IMG/VR virus record: IMGVR_UViG_3300035162_000505
Length of the DNA: 64,000 nucleotides
Strand: one strand, 5' to 3'
Source of the DNA: an uncultured virus (IMG/VR IMGVR_UViG_3300035162_000505)
Lineage: Duplodnaviria; Heunggongvirae; Uroviricota; Caudoviricetes
The first letter of the stretch is position 1, and every line of letters starts with the position of its first letter. The notes under the pieces were generated by a model, which did not search any database, had not been told where the DNA came from, and saw only the letters and a list, made by a program, of their open reading frames with translations. Both the position numbers and the translations under genes were made by a program. Below, one piece after another: positions 28,785-37,396 of this stretch.

Positions 28785-29288
28785 TTATCCATCATGAGGA
28801 TCTTCATTTAAATGTTGTTGCCTCTCAGCCATTAAGATTACCTGTTTAGCATACTCAGCTTTGTCAACAACACCTTCTTCAAGTAGTCGTTGTCTATTAA
28901 CCTCATGTGCCGCTATAGTATCTTCTTTAGATCCACCAGAGTATGGAACACAATGTCCTTCTTCAGTTAAGATCTCTGTGACCTTACGTCCATCAGGTAC
29001 ACGAAAGTCTCCAAGGATACGTCCAAACTTACCCTTCATGTCTTCGCCATGTCTATCTTCTGTTGTGATTAGCTTGCCGCCATCTTTCATAAGTTCTATC
29101 AGTCGAGCCTTTGCCGCTTCGCCAAATAGATCTTCTACCTTATCAGATGTTCTTGACTCAGGTGTATCAATACCCATGATCCTTACTCGTTCATCTTTAA
29201 GACAAACACCAAATCCTAGATCGATATCAACATCTACTGTGTCTCCATCTAGAACCTTGATTACTACTACGTCATATTCATTTTGCAT
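28785..29288 (-). CDS. thermonuclease (SNase) family
   Basis: VLDGDTVD...RVRIMGIDTPESR...GKFGRILG. Confidence 0.9.
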   Translation of the reverse strand: MQNEYDVVVIKVLDGDTVDVDIDLGFGVCLKDERVRIMGIDTPESRTSDKVEDLFGEAAKARLIELMKDGGKLITTEDRHGEDMKGKFGRILGDFRVPDGRKVTEILTEEGHCVPYSGGSKEDTIAAHEVNRQRLLEEGVVDKAEYAKQVILMAERQQHLNEDPHDG

Positions 29289-29289
29289 T

Positions 29290-29697
29290 TTATTTTCCCA
29301 GTATATGTTTACGGTGTATTTTTCCTCCAATAAATGCATTATAATATTCGTCAGGTTTTAAGAGAACGTCTCTCTCTATCTGATATTTCATTTCATAGTA
29401 TGAGCATAAGCCCTTTGTCTTGCAGAGTCTTAGTATCTCTCTTCTAAAGTTTTCTGCCCCTTTAGTTTCCACTAGCATTTTTACTTCGGTGCTACTGCCA
29501 TAGTATTTACGCCAATCGCTCTCAGAACGGCTCCTAATGGCTCTCTTACGTGTCCTAGTGATAGGGAGCTTCTTTGGCTTCCAAAAGAACTTCTTGCCAA
29601 TGTATTTCATACCAGTATCTAACTCAGTTATCTGATACACAAAACCTTGATACTCTTCTGGTGTTTCATCAAACACTTCATCATCATAATACCACAT
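29290..29697 (-). CDS. GIY-YIG endonuclease
   Basis: GFVY...KYIGKK, YYGSS, FRREIL, YYN. Confidence 0.8.
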   Translation of the reverse strand: MWYYDDEVFDETPEEYQGFVYQITELDTGMKYIGKKFFWKPKKLPITRTRKRAIRSRSESDWRKYYGSSTEVKMLVETKGAENFRREILRLCKTKGLCSYYEMKYQIERDVLLKPDEYYNAFIGGKIHRKHILGK

Positions 29698-29726
29698 AAA
29701 AAAATAGCCCCACTATTACATGGGAC

Positions 29727-29734
29727 TATTTATA
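29727..29734 (-). promoter_or_regulatory. T4-type late promoter followed by a hairpin
   Basis: TATAAATA upstream of 29697. Confidence 0.7.
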
Positions 29735-29735
29735 A

Positions 29736-29870
29736 TCAATCTTCTAGTTGTTCAAAGTACAAGGGAGACCCGCACATCGGACAATATTGAGGAACCTCTT
29801 CACTATCCACAACTAATACTTGTGTCTCAGTTTCGCAAGCAATACACTCTGCCCAATATTCTTCTTCCAT
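29736..29870 (-). CDS. small zinc-ribbon/rubredoxin-like protein, 44 aa (not in ORF track)
   Basis: GGAG RBS; MEEEYWAECIAC...YCPMCGSPL. Confidence 0.7.
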   Translation of the reverse strand: MEEEYWAECIACETETQVLVVDSEEVPQYCPMCGSPLYFEQLED

Positions 29871-29880
29871 GTCTTACTCC

Positions 29881-32109
29881 TTAAAAGGTTATTTCACAAG
29901 CACCACCTTGGCAAGCAATCGCACCCATAGTGTCTATGTCAGTGAACCTCTTCTCAGCAAGCTCCCCAACAAAGTCTATTGGCTTAATGTTTTGCTGGAT
30001 CTTCTCCCACTTGTGTAGAAGGAAAACATCCTTAAGGCAATACTCTGTCTCTTTCAAATCATTCATGAAGTAGTTATCAGCAAACTTATTAAATCTACGT
30101 AGCCATTCAGCACGTTGATCTGACACTTCGCCAAGATACTCAGGTGGCGTTTGAGCTATCATTGTAGCTTCCCATAAGTCACGGAATCCAGCCTTGCGAG
30201 TATCTACGATAAGACCTGACGCAAACAATGCGGCCTTACCATACTTTTCCACAATTTCTTTCTCTGACAATACTTCTGTCATTGGAGCCTGTGCAAAGTC
30301 TTTATCGCCCATACCAGCCAAGAAACTAATACCAGCAAAGCTATGACGGTTTTCGAAAACATAGTCTTCGATCTCAGACCATTGATGCGGCATTACTGTT
30401 ACAGTGTTGGATACATTGTGACGTGTCTTTGGGTTAGCGCATAACTCAACATTTGTGCCAGCCTCTACCCAATTATTTTGAACCAGTTTAACTTTTTCCA
30501 ACAACTCTGTTGCATACAAGTCTTCCCGATACAAAGAACCCTTAGGTGAAATGATTGGGAAACCTACACAGTAATCAGTGTTGTTAGATGACCATACAGA
30601 CTCTTCAACCATGTATGGATTAGTTTTCGCTATTAACTGTCCAACCTCAGTATCTTTGTTAAGTTGAATATGGCGAATGTAGCGTGGGCTATGCTCACCA
30701 TGAATACCAGATGCTGTTTGTAAAAGAACTGAAGCGTTTCCAGATGGCTTTACACACGTGGTTCTGGCGGCGGCATTAATACCAATAAGTTTAGCAACCT
30801 CTTTGTTAACTTTCTTAACAATCTCTGCGCCTTCACGCTGAACTTCTGCATCCAGCAATACTTCTGGGTTATTCATCCAACCTGTGACCGACACACCTAA
30901 CAATGCTTCACGCTCAAATATTTTTTTACTTGTTTCTGTTAGGTATTTGAAATTAGTATAACCAGCTTGAAGCGTTCCCATAATAGCGCCTGTTCTACAC
31001 GCCTTAAAGAACTCTTCTTTAGATGTACACTTAGAGCCATTGATCTCTGTTAAGTTACATCCCTGCCAACCACTCTCTCCATCTATCTGTGGAAACATTC
31101 CAATCTCGACACATGGGTTAGTAGTAATATCTTTGTCATCCACAAAGAAGAAACCGGGCTCTCCAAACTCTTTGATGGACTGCATGATATCTCTAAAGTC
31201 TTCACGCTTGATCTCATCTCGTACAATAACCGCTGAGTTGTTAGAACGTCCACGCTGTGGATTATCAACAAACCAGTTACCTGTTTTAGCACTAATCATT
31301 TCTTCATCGTCTACACTGAACAAGCAGATCGTTGCGGATCGTCTTACACCGCCAGCCAACACTGCATCTGAACCATGCATTGCTATATCGTAAATGTGAA
31401 TAGGCTTTAGGCGAGTAGCACCATTTAGAACTTGTGATTGAATAAGATGTTCAATCTTATCTAATGCTCTACGCAATGGCTCTGGGCCGGGGGCTTTAAA
31501 TCCACCATTAATCATAGCACCCTTTGGACGCACATGAGTAAGATCGAAATATACCTTACGGCCTTCCATCTCAGGGAACTGTCCACCACCAACAAAGTAT
31601 GATGACATTAGTGCTCCAAGAGCATCAGCCCATCCTTCAATAGAGTCTTCTACTACCCAACCCTTTGCTTGCTTCTTACGTTCTGCTATATCTGGCATTT
31701 TGTCGGCATGATGCTTTTGCACTGAGAAACCAGCCCCTGCGCCACAGAGAAGCACGTAGAACAACTCTGAGAAAAATCGTGGGCGGTCAGCATACGTTGA
31801 AGTGCAGTTGTACATCCGCATCATGTGCTTCAATAACTGGTCTCCACCAAACTGTAATGCTCTCTGTGCGCCTAGCGCATACTTTAACTTATATGATGCT
31901 TCTGCTTCATCTATTAATAGAGCGAGTTCAGGACTCATTTTCTCTTCGTAGAAATCTCTGTGCATTTCCATAACACGTGAGACTGAATCGTCCCAACTTT
32001 CATAACGTTCTTTTGTATCATCCCACCTACTATATCCTTCGTAGAATTTAGTTTCGGACATGAGATTCCTTGTATCCCTATCTCTATTGTTGTTGACAAG
32101 CTTGAGCAT
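29881..32109 (-). CDS. nrdJ: class II (adenosylcobalamin-dependent) ribonucleotide reductase
   Basis: YNC, AGGVRRSA, TNPCVEI, CNLTEI, TCVKPSGN, C-terminal ACQGGACEI; no adjacent small-subunit gene. Confidence 0.9.
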   Translation of the reverse strand: MLKLVNNNRDRDTRNLMSETKFYEGYSRWDDTKERYESWDDSVSRVMEMHRDFYEEKMSPELALLIDEAEASYKLKYALGAQRALQFGGDQLLKHMMRMYNCTSTYADRPRFFSELFYVLLCGAGAGFSVQKHHADKMPDIAERKKQAKGWVVEDSIEGWADALGALMSSYFVGGGQFPEMEGRKVYFDLTHVRPKGAMINGGFKAPGPEPLRRALDKIEHLIQSQVLNGATRLKPIHIYDIAMHGSDAVLAGGVRRSATICLFSVDDEEMISAKTGNWFVDNPQRGRSNNSAVIVRDEIKREDFRDIMQSIKEFGEPGFFFVDDKDITTNPCVEIGMFPQIDGESGWQGCNLTEINGSKCTSKEEFFKACRTGAIMGTLQAGYTNFKYLTETSKKIFEREALLGVSVTGWMNNPEVLLDAEVQREGAEIVKKVNKEVAKLIGINAAARTTCVKPSGNASVLLQTASGIHGEHSPRYIRHIQLNKDTEVGQLIAKTNPYMVEESVWSSNNTDYCVGFPIISPKGSLYREDLYATELLEKVKLVQNNWVEAGTNVELCANPKTRHNVSNTVTVMPHQWSEIEDYVFENRHSFAGISFLAGMGDKDFAQAPMTEVLSEKEIVEKYGKAALFASGLIVDTRKAGFRDLWEATMIAQTPPEYLGEVSDQRAEWLRRFNKFADNYFMNDLKETEYCLKDVFLLHKWEKIQQNIKPIDFVGELAEKRFTDIDTMGAIACQGGACEITF

Positions 32110-32193
32110 CTAGCACCTCTTTTAGTGAATAATTGTCGGCACCGCTAGTCCGTATAACTAGCAGTCGAATTAGTGTTTGTATCTTATTGGTGT

Positions 32194-32237
32194 AGTATAT
32201 AGTAAAACTAATAATCTTACAACCACATATTGTGGTA
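32194..32237 (-). promoter_or_regulatory. nrdJ promoter with an adjacent NrdR-box-like palindrome
   Basis: TTGTAA-17nt-TATACT; AACCACATATTGTGGT at 32221-32236. Confidence 0.45.
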
Positions 32238-32251
32238 AAAATATATTATTT

Positions 32252-32683
32252 TTATTCTTCGGGAGTTTTTGTCACAGGCTCTTCAGTCAAGGCTTCTTCA
32301 TAGTAACCTATGATGGCCTGTGTATCTTTGATATACCTACGCATCTCAGCAATGCCAAGTGCTAGGTTCTCATATCCTTTAGGAGTGATGGCAAAGAAAA
32401 CTATATTGCCAGTGTTCGCTTCTAGTTCTGCTAGTTTTTCTTCTAGGTTTTCTTCAGTAACTACATACCAATCAACAGGTGGGAACCTGACTGCTTTAGG
32501 TCTTTCCTGAATAGGGACACTCTGTTTGGCATACTCTGTCTGAATAACTACTTCTGCTTCAGGTGCTCTACTGCAACTCCACAGTAGGAACGGTAATGTC
32601 AGTAGGAGGAGTGGTTTCAGATTCAATTCTGTTGAGTAGTTTAGTGACTGCATTGTCAACCCTTTCTTCAAGTCCTTGTGCAT
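32252..32683 (-). CDS. o-spanin-like lipoprotein (true start probably ~32625)
   Basis: Lipobox LLWSC; overlaps the 3' end of the i-spanin-like gene. Confidence 0.7.
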   Translation of the reverse strand: MHKDLKKGLTMQSLNYSTELNLKPLLLLTLPFLLWSCSRAPEAEVVIQTEYAKQSVPIQERPKAVRFPPVDWYVVTEENLEEKLAELEANTGNIVFFAITPKGYENLALGIAEMRRYIKDTQAIIGYYEEALTEEPVTKTPEE

Positions 32684-32981
32684 TTGTTAATGCTTCCATA
32701 GTCAAATCAATTTTAGCAAACACGCCTCTAAGTTTATCTAAATGTGATTGCGATTGCTGTAGTCTTTTACTTAAATCTTTATTTAGCTGTTCATTTTTCT
32801 TTTGATCTGCTTGCATATTCTCGACAGTTGCTTGTAAGGTTTCAGCGGCAGACTTTAGTTTAACGTTATTTTCTCTCAGTGTATTTATAGTAGCCTCTGA
32901 CCAGAGATAGTAGTTGTAGCCACCATAGCCTAAACCACCTAACAAACTTGCTATAATAATGATTAAATATAACTTAGCCAT
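32568..32981 (-). CDS. i-spanin-like protein
   Basis: N-terminal TM followed by a long coiled coil. Confidence 0.7.
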   Translation of the reverse strand: MAKLYLIIIIASLLGGLGYGGYNYYLWSEATINTLRENNVKLKSAAETLQATVENMQADQKKNEQLNKDLSKRLQQSQSHLDKLRGVFAKIDLTMEALTNAQGLEERVDNAVTKLLNRIESETTPPTDITVPTVELQ

Positions 32982-33990
32982 TGTTCTCTAAATGCTTTCT
33001 ATACATTGTCAATAGTCTTGGTGTCTTATCTTTCTTACGTCTACGATCAGTCACGTTTATTGGAACACCCAACTTACGTCTTAATACATTTGTAGGGAGC
33101 CTTTTCCTTGGACCCATGTTTTTAGTATCTTGTGGAATACCAGCATCAGCCGTTGTCATGGTTTCTTCTTTCATCTCTCTACCTTCAGTTTTCTGTAGTT
33201 TTAATTGTTCTTTTTCTTTAAACCATTTTAAATAGTTTAACGCTGGGTTCTTTAAATACCAAGCAATATCTCTGTATGTTTTAAACTTTGCTTGTAGTAA
33301 TTCTTTTTTAATATCACCAAATCCCGGTTTACTTCTTGCCCGATTATCAAATGGGACATTTACAAGTTCTTTAGATTTTTTACCAGTATACTTTTGTAGA
33401 AAATCTTGTAGGTTAAGCATATAGTAATAAGGTGTATCTACAATAATTTCGCCCTGCCATATACTTTGACTAGGAACTCCCTTTTTGTATCCCTTTACTG
33501 CTTTGTTTACTTCTTTTGACCAATCGTAATTTTTTGGATGAGCTATGGTTCGAGATCCACCGCCACCTGTGTCTTTCCGAACATACTTTTTATTATAGCC
33601 TTCAAACCCCCCAAGGTCTCTTATTTCTGGGTTCCACATTGCTTTCATATCTCCACTTGGTATCATAATATAGTTTGTACCGTGGAAACCTTTTATGTTG
33701 CTAGGTGTTGCAGTAAGTGCTTGAGTAGGATTCTTTACTTTCAATGCATCAAATATTTTTCTTTGAAATGGTAAATGGTCACCTTTTACACCTTTACGAC
33801 CACTGTTATCAACTTTGATCATCATATTGTAAACGTTGCGGCGTCCATCGCCACCTTGAAACATTCTGTATAATATAGGAGTATTTCCTAATTTTTCGCA
33901 CATCTTAGCCGCAAGTTTTACACGCTCAATAGCGTGGTCTGTGTCATTCACTATCTTTATATCTTCACTAAAACTTGCGAAACCTTTCAT
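32974..33990 (-). CDS. hypothetical virion/internal head protein
   Basis: N-terminus MKGFASFSE; C-terminal EETMTTADAGIPQDT module. Confidence 0.5.
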   Translation of the reverse strand: MKGFASFSEDIKIVNDTDHAIERVKLAAKMCEKLGNTPILYRMFQGGDGRRNVYNMMIKVDNSGRKGVKGDHLPFQRKIFDALKVKNPTQALTATPSNIKGFHGTNYIMIPSGDMKAMWNPEIRDLGGFEGYNKKYVRKDTGGGGSRTIAHPKNYDWSKEVNKAVKGYKKGVPSQSIWQGEIIVDTPYYYMLNLQDFLQKYTGKKSKELVNVPFDNRARSKPGFGDIKKELLQAKFKTYRDIAWYLKNPALNYLKWFKEKEQLKLQKTEGREMKEETMTTADAGIPQDTKNMGPRKRLPTNVLRRKLGVPINVTDRRRKKDKTPRLLTMYRKHLENNG

Positions 33991-34604
33991 CGTATCAGTT
34001 CTCCTACAGAAACGTATACGTTCCTCTTAGTCCTTGCGTGTGTAACTTCGTATATATTTATACCAAATAGGCATCCTACTGGATAGCACTCAGCATCAAC
34101 TTTAACATTGTCTCTGGCATTTACCGTTTCATCTAACGTATCGTTTAAAAGTTTTTCGTTCATTACTTTATAAGATCCGGGGGATAGCCGTTCATCTTCA
34201 AGTACAAACCATTCACTTTGCTCTGTCAAGAAGTCTGCTTCAGTAACGCCCAATACTTTTAGACTCTCCAGAAGTTTTCCCTGAGGCATACTAAACTTTT
34301 CTTTTAGTAGAAATAATGCGGCGGCATATGAAGCAAGTTTACTTCCACCACCCGGTGCTTTCGCCATGATCTTTTTTATATTAAAGACAAGTTTATGGAA
34401 TGGTGTATAGTAGTTACGATAGTTGTCTCTATCTTCCATATTATCAAGAGTAAAAGATTTTTGTCTCTTACCCTTCGCATCTATAATGCCTAGCTTAAAT
34501 GCTTCAGTATCTTCGAATGAAGTCGTAAGTAGTCTTAAGAACCTGAAGGTGTATACCAGATCACCCGCTCTTTTTAGCATACCTTCGGTTTGTAGCATAC
34601 GCAT
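33987..34604 (-). CDS. conserved T4-like hypothetical protein
   Basis: YTFRFLRLL...AFKLGIID..G, FHKLVFNIK, SYAAALFLLKE. Confidence 0.6.
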   Translation of the reverse strand: MRMLQTEGMLKRAGDLVYTFRFLRLLTTSFEDTEAFKLGIIDAKGKRQKSFTLDNMEDRDNYRNYYTPFHKLVFNIKKIMAKAPGGGSKLASYAAALFLLKEKFSMPQGKLLESLKVLGVTEADFLTEQSEWFVLEDERLSPGSYKVMNEKLLNDTLDETVNARDNVKVDAECYPVGCLFGINIYEVTHARTKRNVYVSVGELIR

Positions 34605-34608
34605 TATA

Positions 34609-34770
34609 TTACTCTGCTTTCCACATAGTCCAACAGCCGTATGCGATAGCACCAACAGCGGCAAGTTTAATAAAACTGGTTGCAAACAAAGCAACTATTC
34701 CTATACCTATGAGAACTGCACCGTCCATAGTAGTGCGTTCATCTATACGGTTTTTAATCCAGTTCCTCAT
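34609..34770 (-). CDS. small two-TM membrane protein, 53 aa, holin-like (not in ORF track)
   Basis: MRNWIKNRIDERTTMDGAVLIGIGIVALF...YGCWTMWKAE; GAGGGA RBS. Confidence 0.55.
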   Translation of the reverse strand: MRNWIKNRIDERTTMDGAVLIGIGIVALFATSFIKLAAVGAIAYGCWTMWKAE

Positions 34771-35138
34771 TATATGTCCCTCAGTCTTTCTATTACTTTT
34801 TTGTCCATTTCGATATCAGTGTATTCATCATTCTTAATTGTTTTTAAGAATATTAAAAATGGCTTTAGTGCTTGCCAATATTTATCATTCATATGAAACT
34901 CTAACATCTTTAAAGATGGCTTAATATCAAACACATTAAATATCACAATAAGATGATTTAATATAAGTCTATCAGCCAATTCACCAGTATTATAGTAACG
35001 GTTTAACAGACGCTTCAAGTACATGAATCTCTTAAGATCATCATAAAACTCTTCAGCATCTATCACGTTTGGTTTATAATAATGTTTAGCCGCATACAAA
35101 AGTATATTGCTATCATCTAAAGTATCAAATAGTTTCAT
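34770..35138 (-). CDS. conserved T4-like hypothetical protein
   Basis: YAAKHY, EEFYDDLKRF.YLKRL, LILNHLI..FNVF. Confidence 0.7.
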   Translation of the reverse strand: MKLFDTLDDSNILLYAAKHYYKPNVIDAEEFYDDLKRFMYLKRLLNRYYNTGELADRLILNHLIVIFNVFDIKPSLKMLEFHMNDKYWQALKPFLIFLKTIKNDEYTDIEMDKKVIERLRDI

Positions 35139-35170
35139 TTTCCATCCAAATTAAATCTCTTTGATTTTAT

Positions 35171-35635
35171 TTAGGACAGTAAATCCTTCATAGTTTTGAG
35201 TAAAGACTTTTTAGTTTTACGCCTATCTAACTCAACACCATGCTCACGTCCAAGTGCTTCAAGTTGTAGTTTATTCATATCCTTAAGACTATCCACATCA
35301 GTATGATCGAATGACATAGCATCTTTAGAAACAGCGGCTACGTTCATTGCAAATCCATTATCAGAAGCAACATTAGGTAAATCTACATTAGGCTGTTTAG
35401 AAGGCACGAACCCTTTAGAACTTTCATTCTTCATTCGTGATTCTTCGGCATCCCATTTACCTTCAACAATAGTAATATCATCAGCGGTCACTGGCGTATT
35501 AGCCTTTTGCCATTCATCTATTTGCTCATGAGTAAATCTAGAAGAAACCATAACTTCTCCTGATGGACTTACCCAACCCTGACTTAATACTGGTGTAGCA
35601 TCACTACACCAGTTCGGTGCTTCAATAGTCTTCAT
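35171..35635 (-). CDS. hypothetical protein with C-terminal Rho-N/SAP-like helix module
   Basis: MNKLQLEALGREHGVELDRRKTKKSL. Confidence 0.55.
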   Translation of the reverse strand: MKTIEAPNWCSDATPVLSQGWVSPSGEVMVSSRFTHEQIDEWQKANTPVTADDITIVEGKWDAEESRMKNESSKGFVPSKQPNVDLPNVASDNGFAMNVAAVSKDAMSFDHTDVDSLKDMNKLQLEALGREHGVELDRRKTKKSLLKTMKDLLS

Positions 35636-35636
35636 A

Positions 35637-36776
35637 TTACTTTCCCTTCATTGGTGTTGCAGAAGGCATAATCTTCTTATCACCTTTCATGTTGTCAGAT
35701 GGACGTGCCTTCGTTGATGGACCCGCTCTTCCAGCCTTACTAACATCGTCATGACCTTTTGCTTCAGTGTCATCTACTTGAACGTTATCTGTGTGAGACT
35801 TTACGAAATCAGCTTCACCTTTGGAAGCAGTCGATCCAGCCTTTTCACCCTCAGGATTTTTACGAGCCTCAATAATACGAGCATAGACTGTTGGAAGTTC
35901 AAATCCTTCGTAAGACGCAGATAAATTCTTAGATAATTTGTCTGTAGCAAGTGCCGCACCTGTTTTACGATTCTTTTTCTTAATCTCATGCGACCACATT
36001 TTTTTCATGTCTTTCATATCGCCTTTTTTGGCCTTTCCAATCGCACCTTTTTTCATCTTATCTGCTTGCTTCTGCTGATAATTAGTATTATTTTGAGACA
36101 CCGCTCTTTTGGCGTAACTAGCAAGAGTCTTATTTGACAATTCGTTCACATCGGAAGACTCAGCCATTCCACCATCAACTTCACCCTTATTGTCTTTCTT
36201 GTCTTTCTTGTCCTTAGAAGGATTCATAACGATATTCTCTTCGCTTCCCTCTTTCTTTTCTTTTTCCCATGGTGCTTTCTTAAGGCTAACAAGTTTTCTG
36301 CCCTTCGCACTAGAGGCAGAAGCTTTTGCTAATTTCTTGGCAAGTTCTGCTTTTTGTGATTCGTCCATTGTAGTTTCCTCTACTCCTTCGTTTTTCTTCT
36401 GAGCCGCCAAGTAACTTTCTTTAGGCGTCCAATATGAAGCTTGAAGATCTTGTGAATCATTTTCACAGTTACAATCTTCATTTGGATTTTTTTGCTCACA
36501 ACCGCAATCTTCGCAGACCATAGTTCCTTCGTAAGCTTCTTCAACATCCTCATTTTTCTTATCTTCATCTTTCATAGCTTTCTTAACAGTCTTACGGCGA
36601 TTGTGAAGATACTCATCAGATTTGTCTACGTCACCATCGTTGTCAATGTCTCCATCTTTACGATCAGCGGCATCATCCTTGTTCAATGCTTTCGCATCTA
36701 CTGGATCTAGTTTCTTTTTTTCGTTTATGTTGACTTCTGCATATGCCTCAATCAACTTAGTAGTTACATTGCCCAT
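35637..36776 (-). CDS. low-complexity charged protein, likely internal head protein
   Basis: DGDIDNDGDVDKSDEYL module; many (L/I/V/M)xE sites. Confidence 0.55.
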   Translation of the reverse strand: MGNVTTKLIEAYAEVNINEKKKLDPVDAKALNKDDAADRKDGDIDNDGDVDKSDEYLHNRRKTVKKAMKDEDKKNEDVEEAYEGTMVCEDCGCEQKNPNEDCNCENDSQDLQASYWTPKESYLAAQKKNEGVEETTMDESQKAELAKKLAKASASSAKGRKLVSLKKAPWEKEKKEGSEENIVMNPSKDKKDKKDNKGEVDGGMAESSDVNELSNKTLASYAKRAVSQNNTNYQQKQADKMKKGAIGKAKKGDMKDMKKMWSHEIKKKNRKTGAALATDKLSKNLSASYEGFELPTVYARIIEARKNPEGEKAGSTASKGEADFVKSHTDNVQVDDTEAKGHDDVSKAGRAGPSTKARPSDNMKGDKKIMPSATPMKGK

Positions 36777-36787
36777 TTGTTTTCTCC

Positions 36788-37066
36788 TTAAACCATAAGT
36801 TGAGCGGCGATTGATCCCACGATAGCTATTAAGACTATCCAGAATAATTTATTAATAGTGGTTACTGTTCGTGCATTCTCATCAACTGTCTTCTCAATTC
36901 TATCAAGTTTCTCTGAGAACCTATTCATACGTTCCCAAGAATCAGTTCTATAGTCACCATATGAATCTATCTTACCTTCAAAACGGGCTAAAGTGATTAG
37001 CACTTCCCCCATCTTATCTAGCTTCTCTTCGATTCTATCTAACCTTTTACCTGTTGTGTCTGCCAT
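36788..37066 (-). CDS. coiled-coil protein with C-terminal TM
   Basis: RLDRIEEKLD; hydrophobic C-terminus. Confidence 0.6.
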   Translation of the reverse strand: MADTTGKRLDRIEEKLDKMGEVLITLARFEGKIDSYGDYRTDSWERMNRFSEKLDRIEKTVDENARTVTTINKLFWIVLIAIVGSIAAQLMV

Positions 37067-37085
37067 TTAAGTACCTATATTTCTA

Positions 37086-37394
37086 TTACCATTTTACCTT
37101 ATCAGCCCAATAAGCGGCAGACATTTTACCCTTTGCTATGTTTTTTCCATGACGGGCTTTAAAAGATTTCCTTTTAGCTTTCATCTTAGAAGACTCCCCA
37201 GATTTTGGATCACCCGCTGTTGACGCACCCTGTTCTCCAAAACGTATTGTTTTGATATTGCTACCATCTTTAGCAACAACAATATGAGACTTCTTAGGGT
37301 GACTTGGTGTCCCTTTAGGTTTATTAAAACCAGACACACCAGCACGAGCTAGTCTTGGGTCTTTTTCTTCAAAGAAAGTTTTAAAAGTTTTCAT
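37086..37394 (-). CDS. conserved basic protein with capsid-targeting-like N-terminus
   Basis: MKTFKTFFEE; IRFG...RKSFKARH...SAAYWADKVKW. Confidence 0.65.
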   Translation of the reverse strand: MKTFKTFFEEKDPRLARAGVSGFNKPKGTPSHPKKSHIVVAKDGSNIKTIRFGEQGASTAGDPKSGESSKMKAKRKSFKARHGKNIAKGKMSAAYWADKVKW

Positions 37395-37396
37395 TT

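Noticed and set aside
29881..32109. Intein or intron in nrdJ (also checked gene 41, uvsX, thyX)
   Set aside because: ORFs are uninterrupted, of ordinary length and without splice motifs
32110..32190. Cobalamin riboswitch upstream of nrdJ
   Set aside because: Leader is too short and lacks B12-box motifs; only one small hairpin
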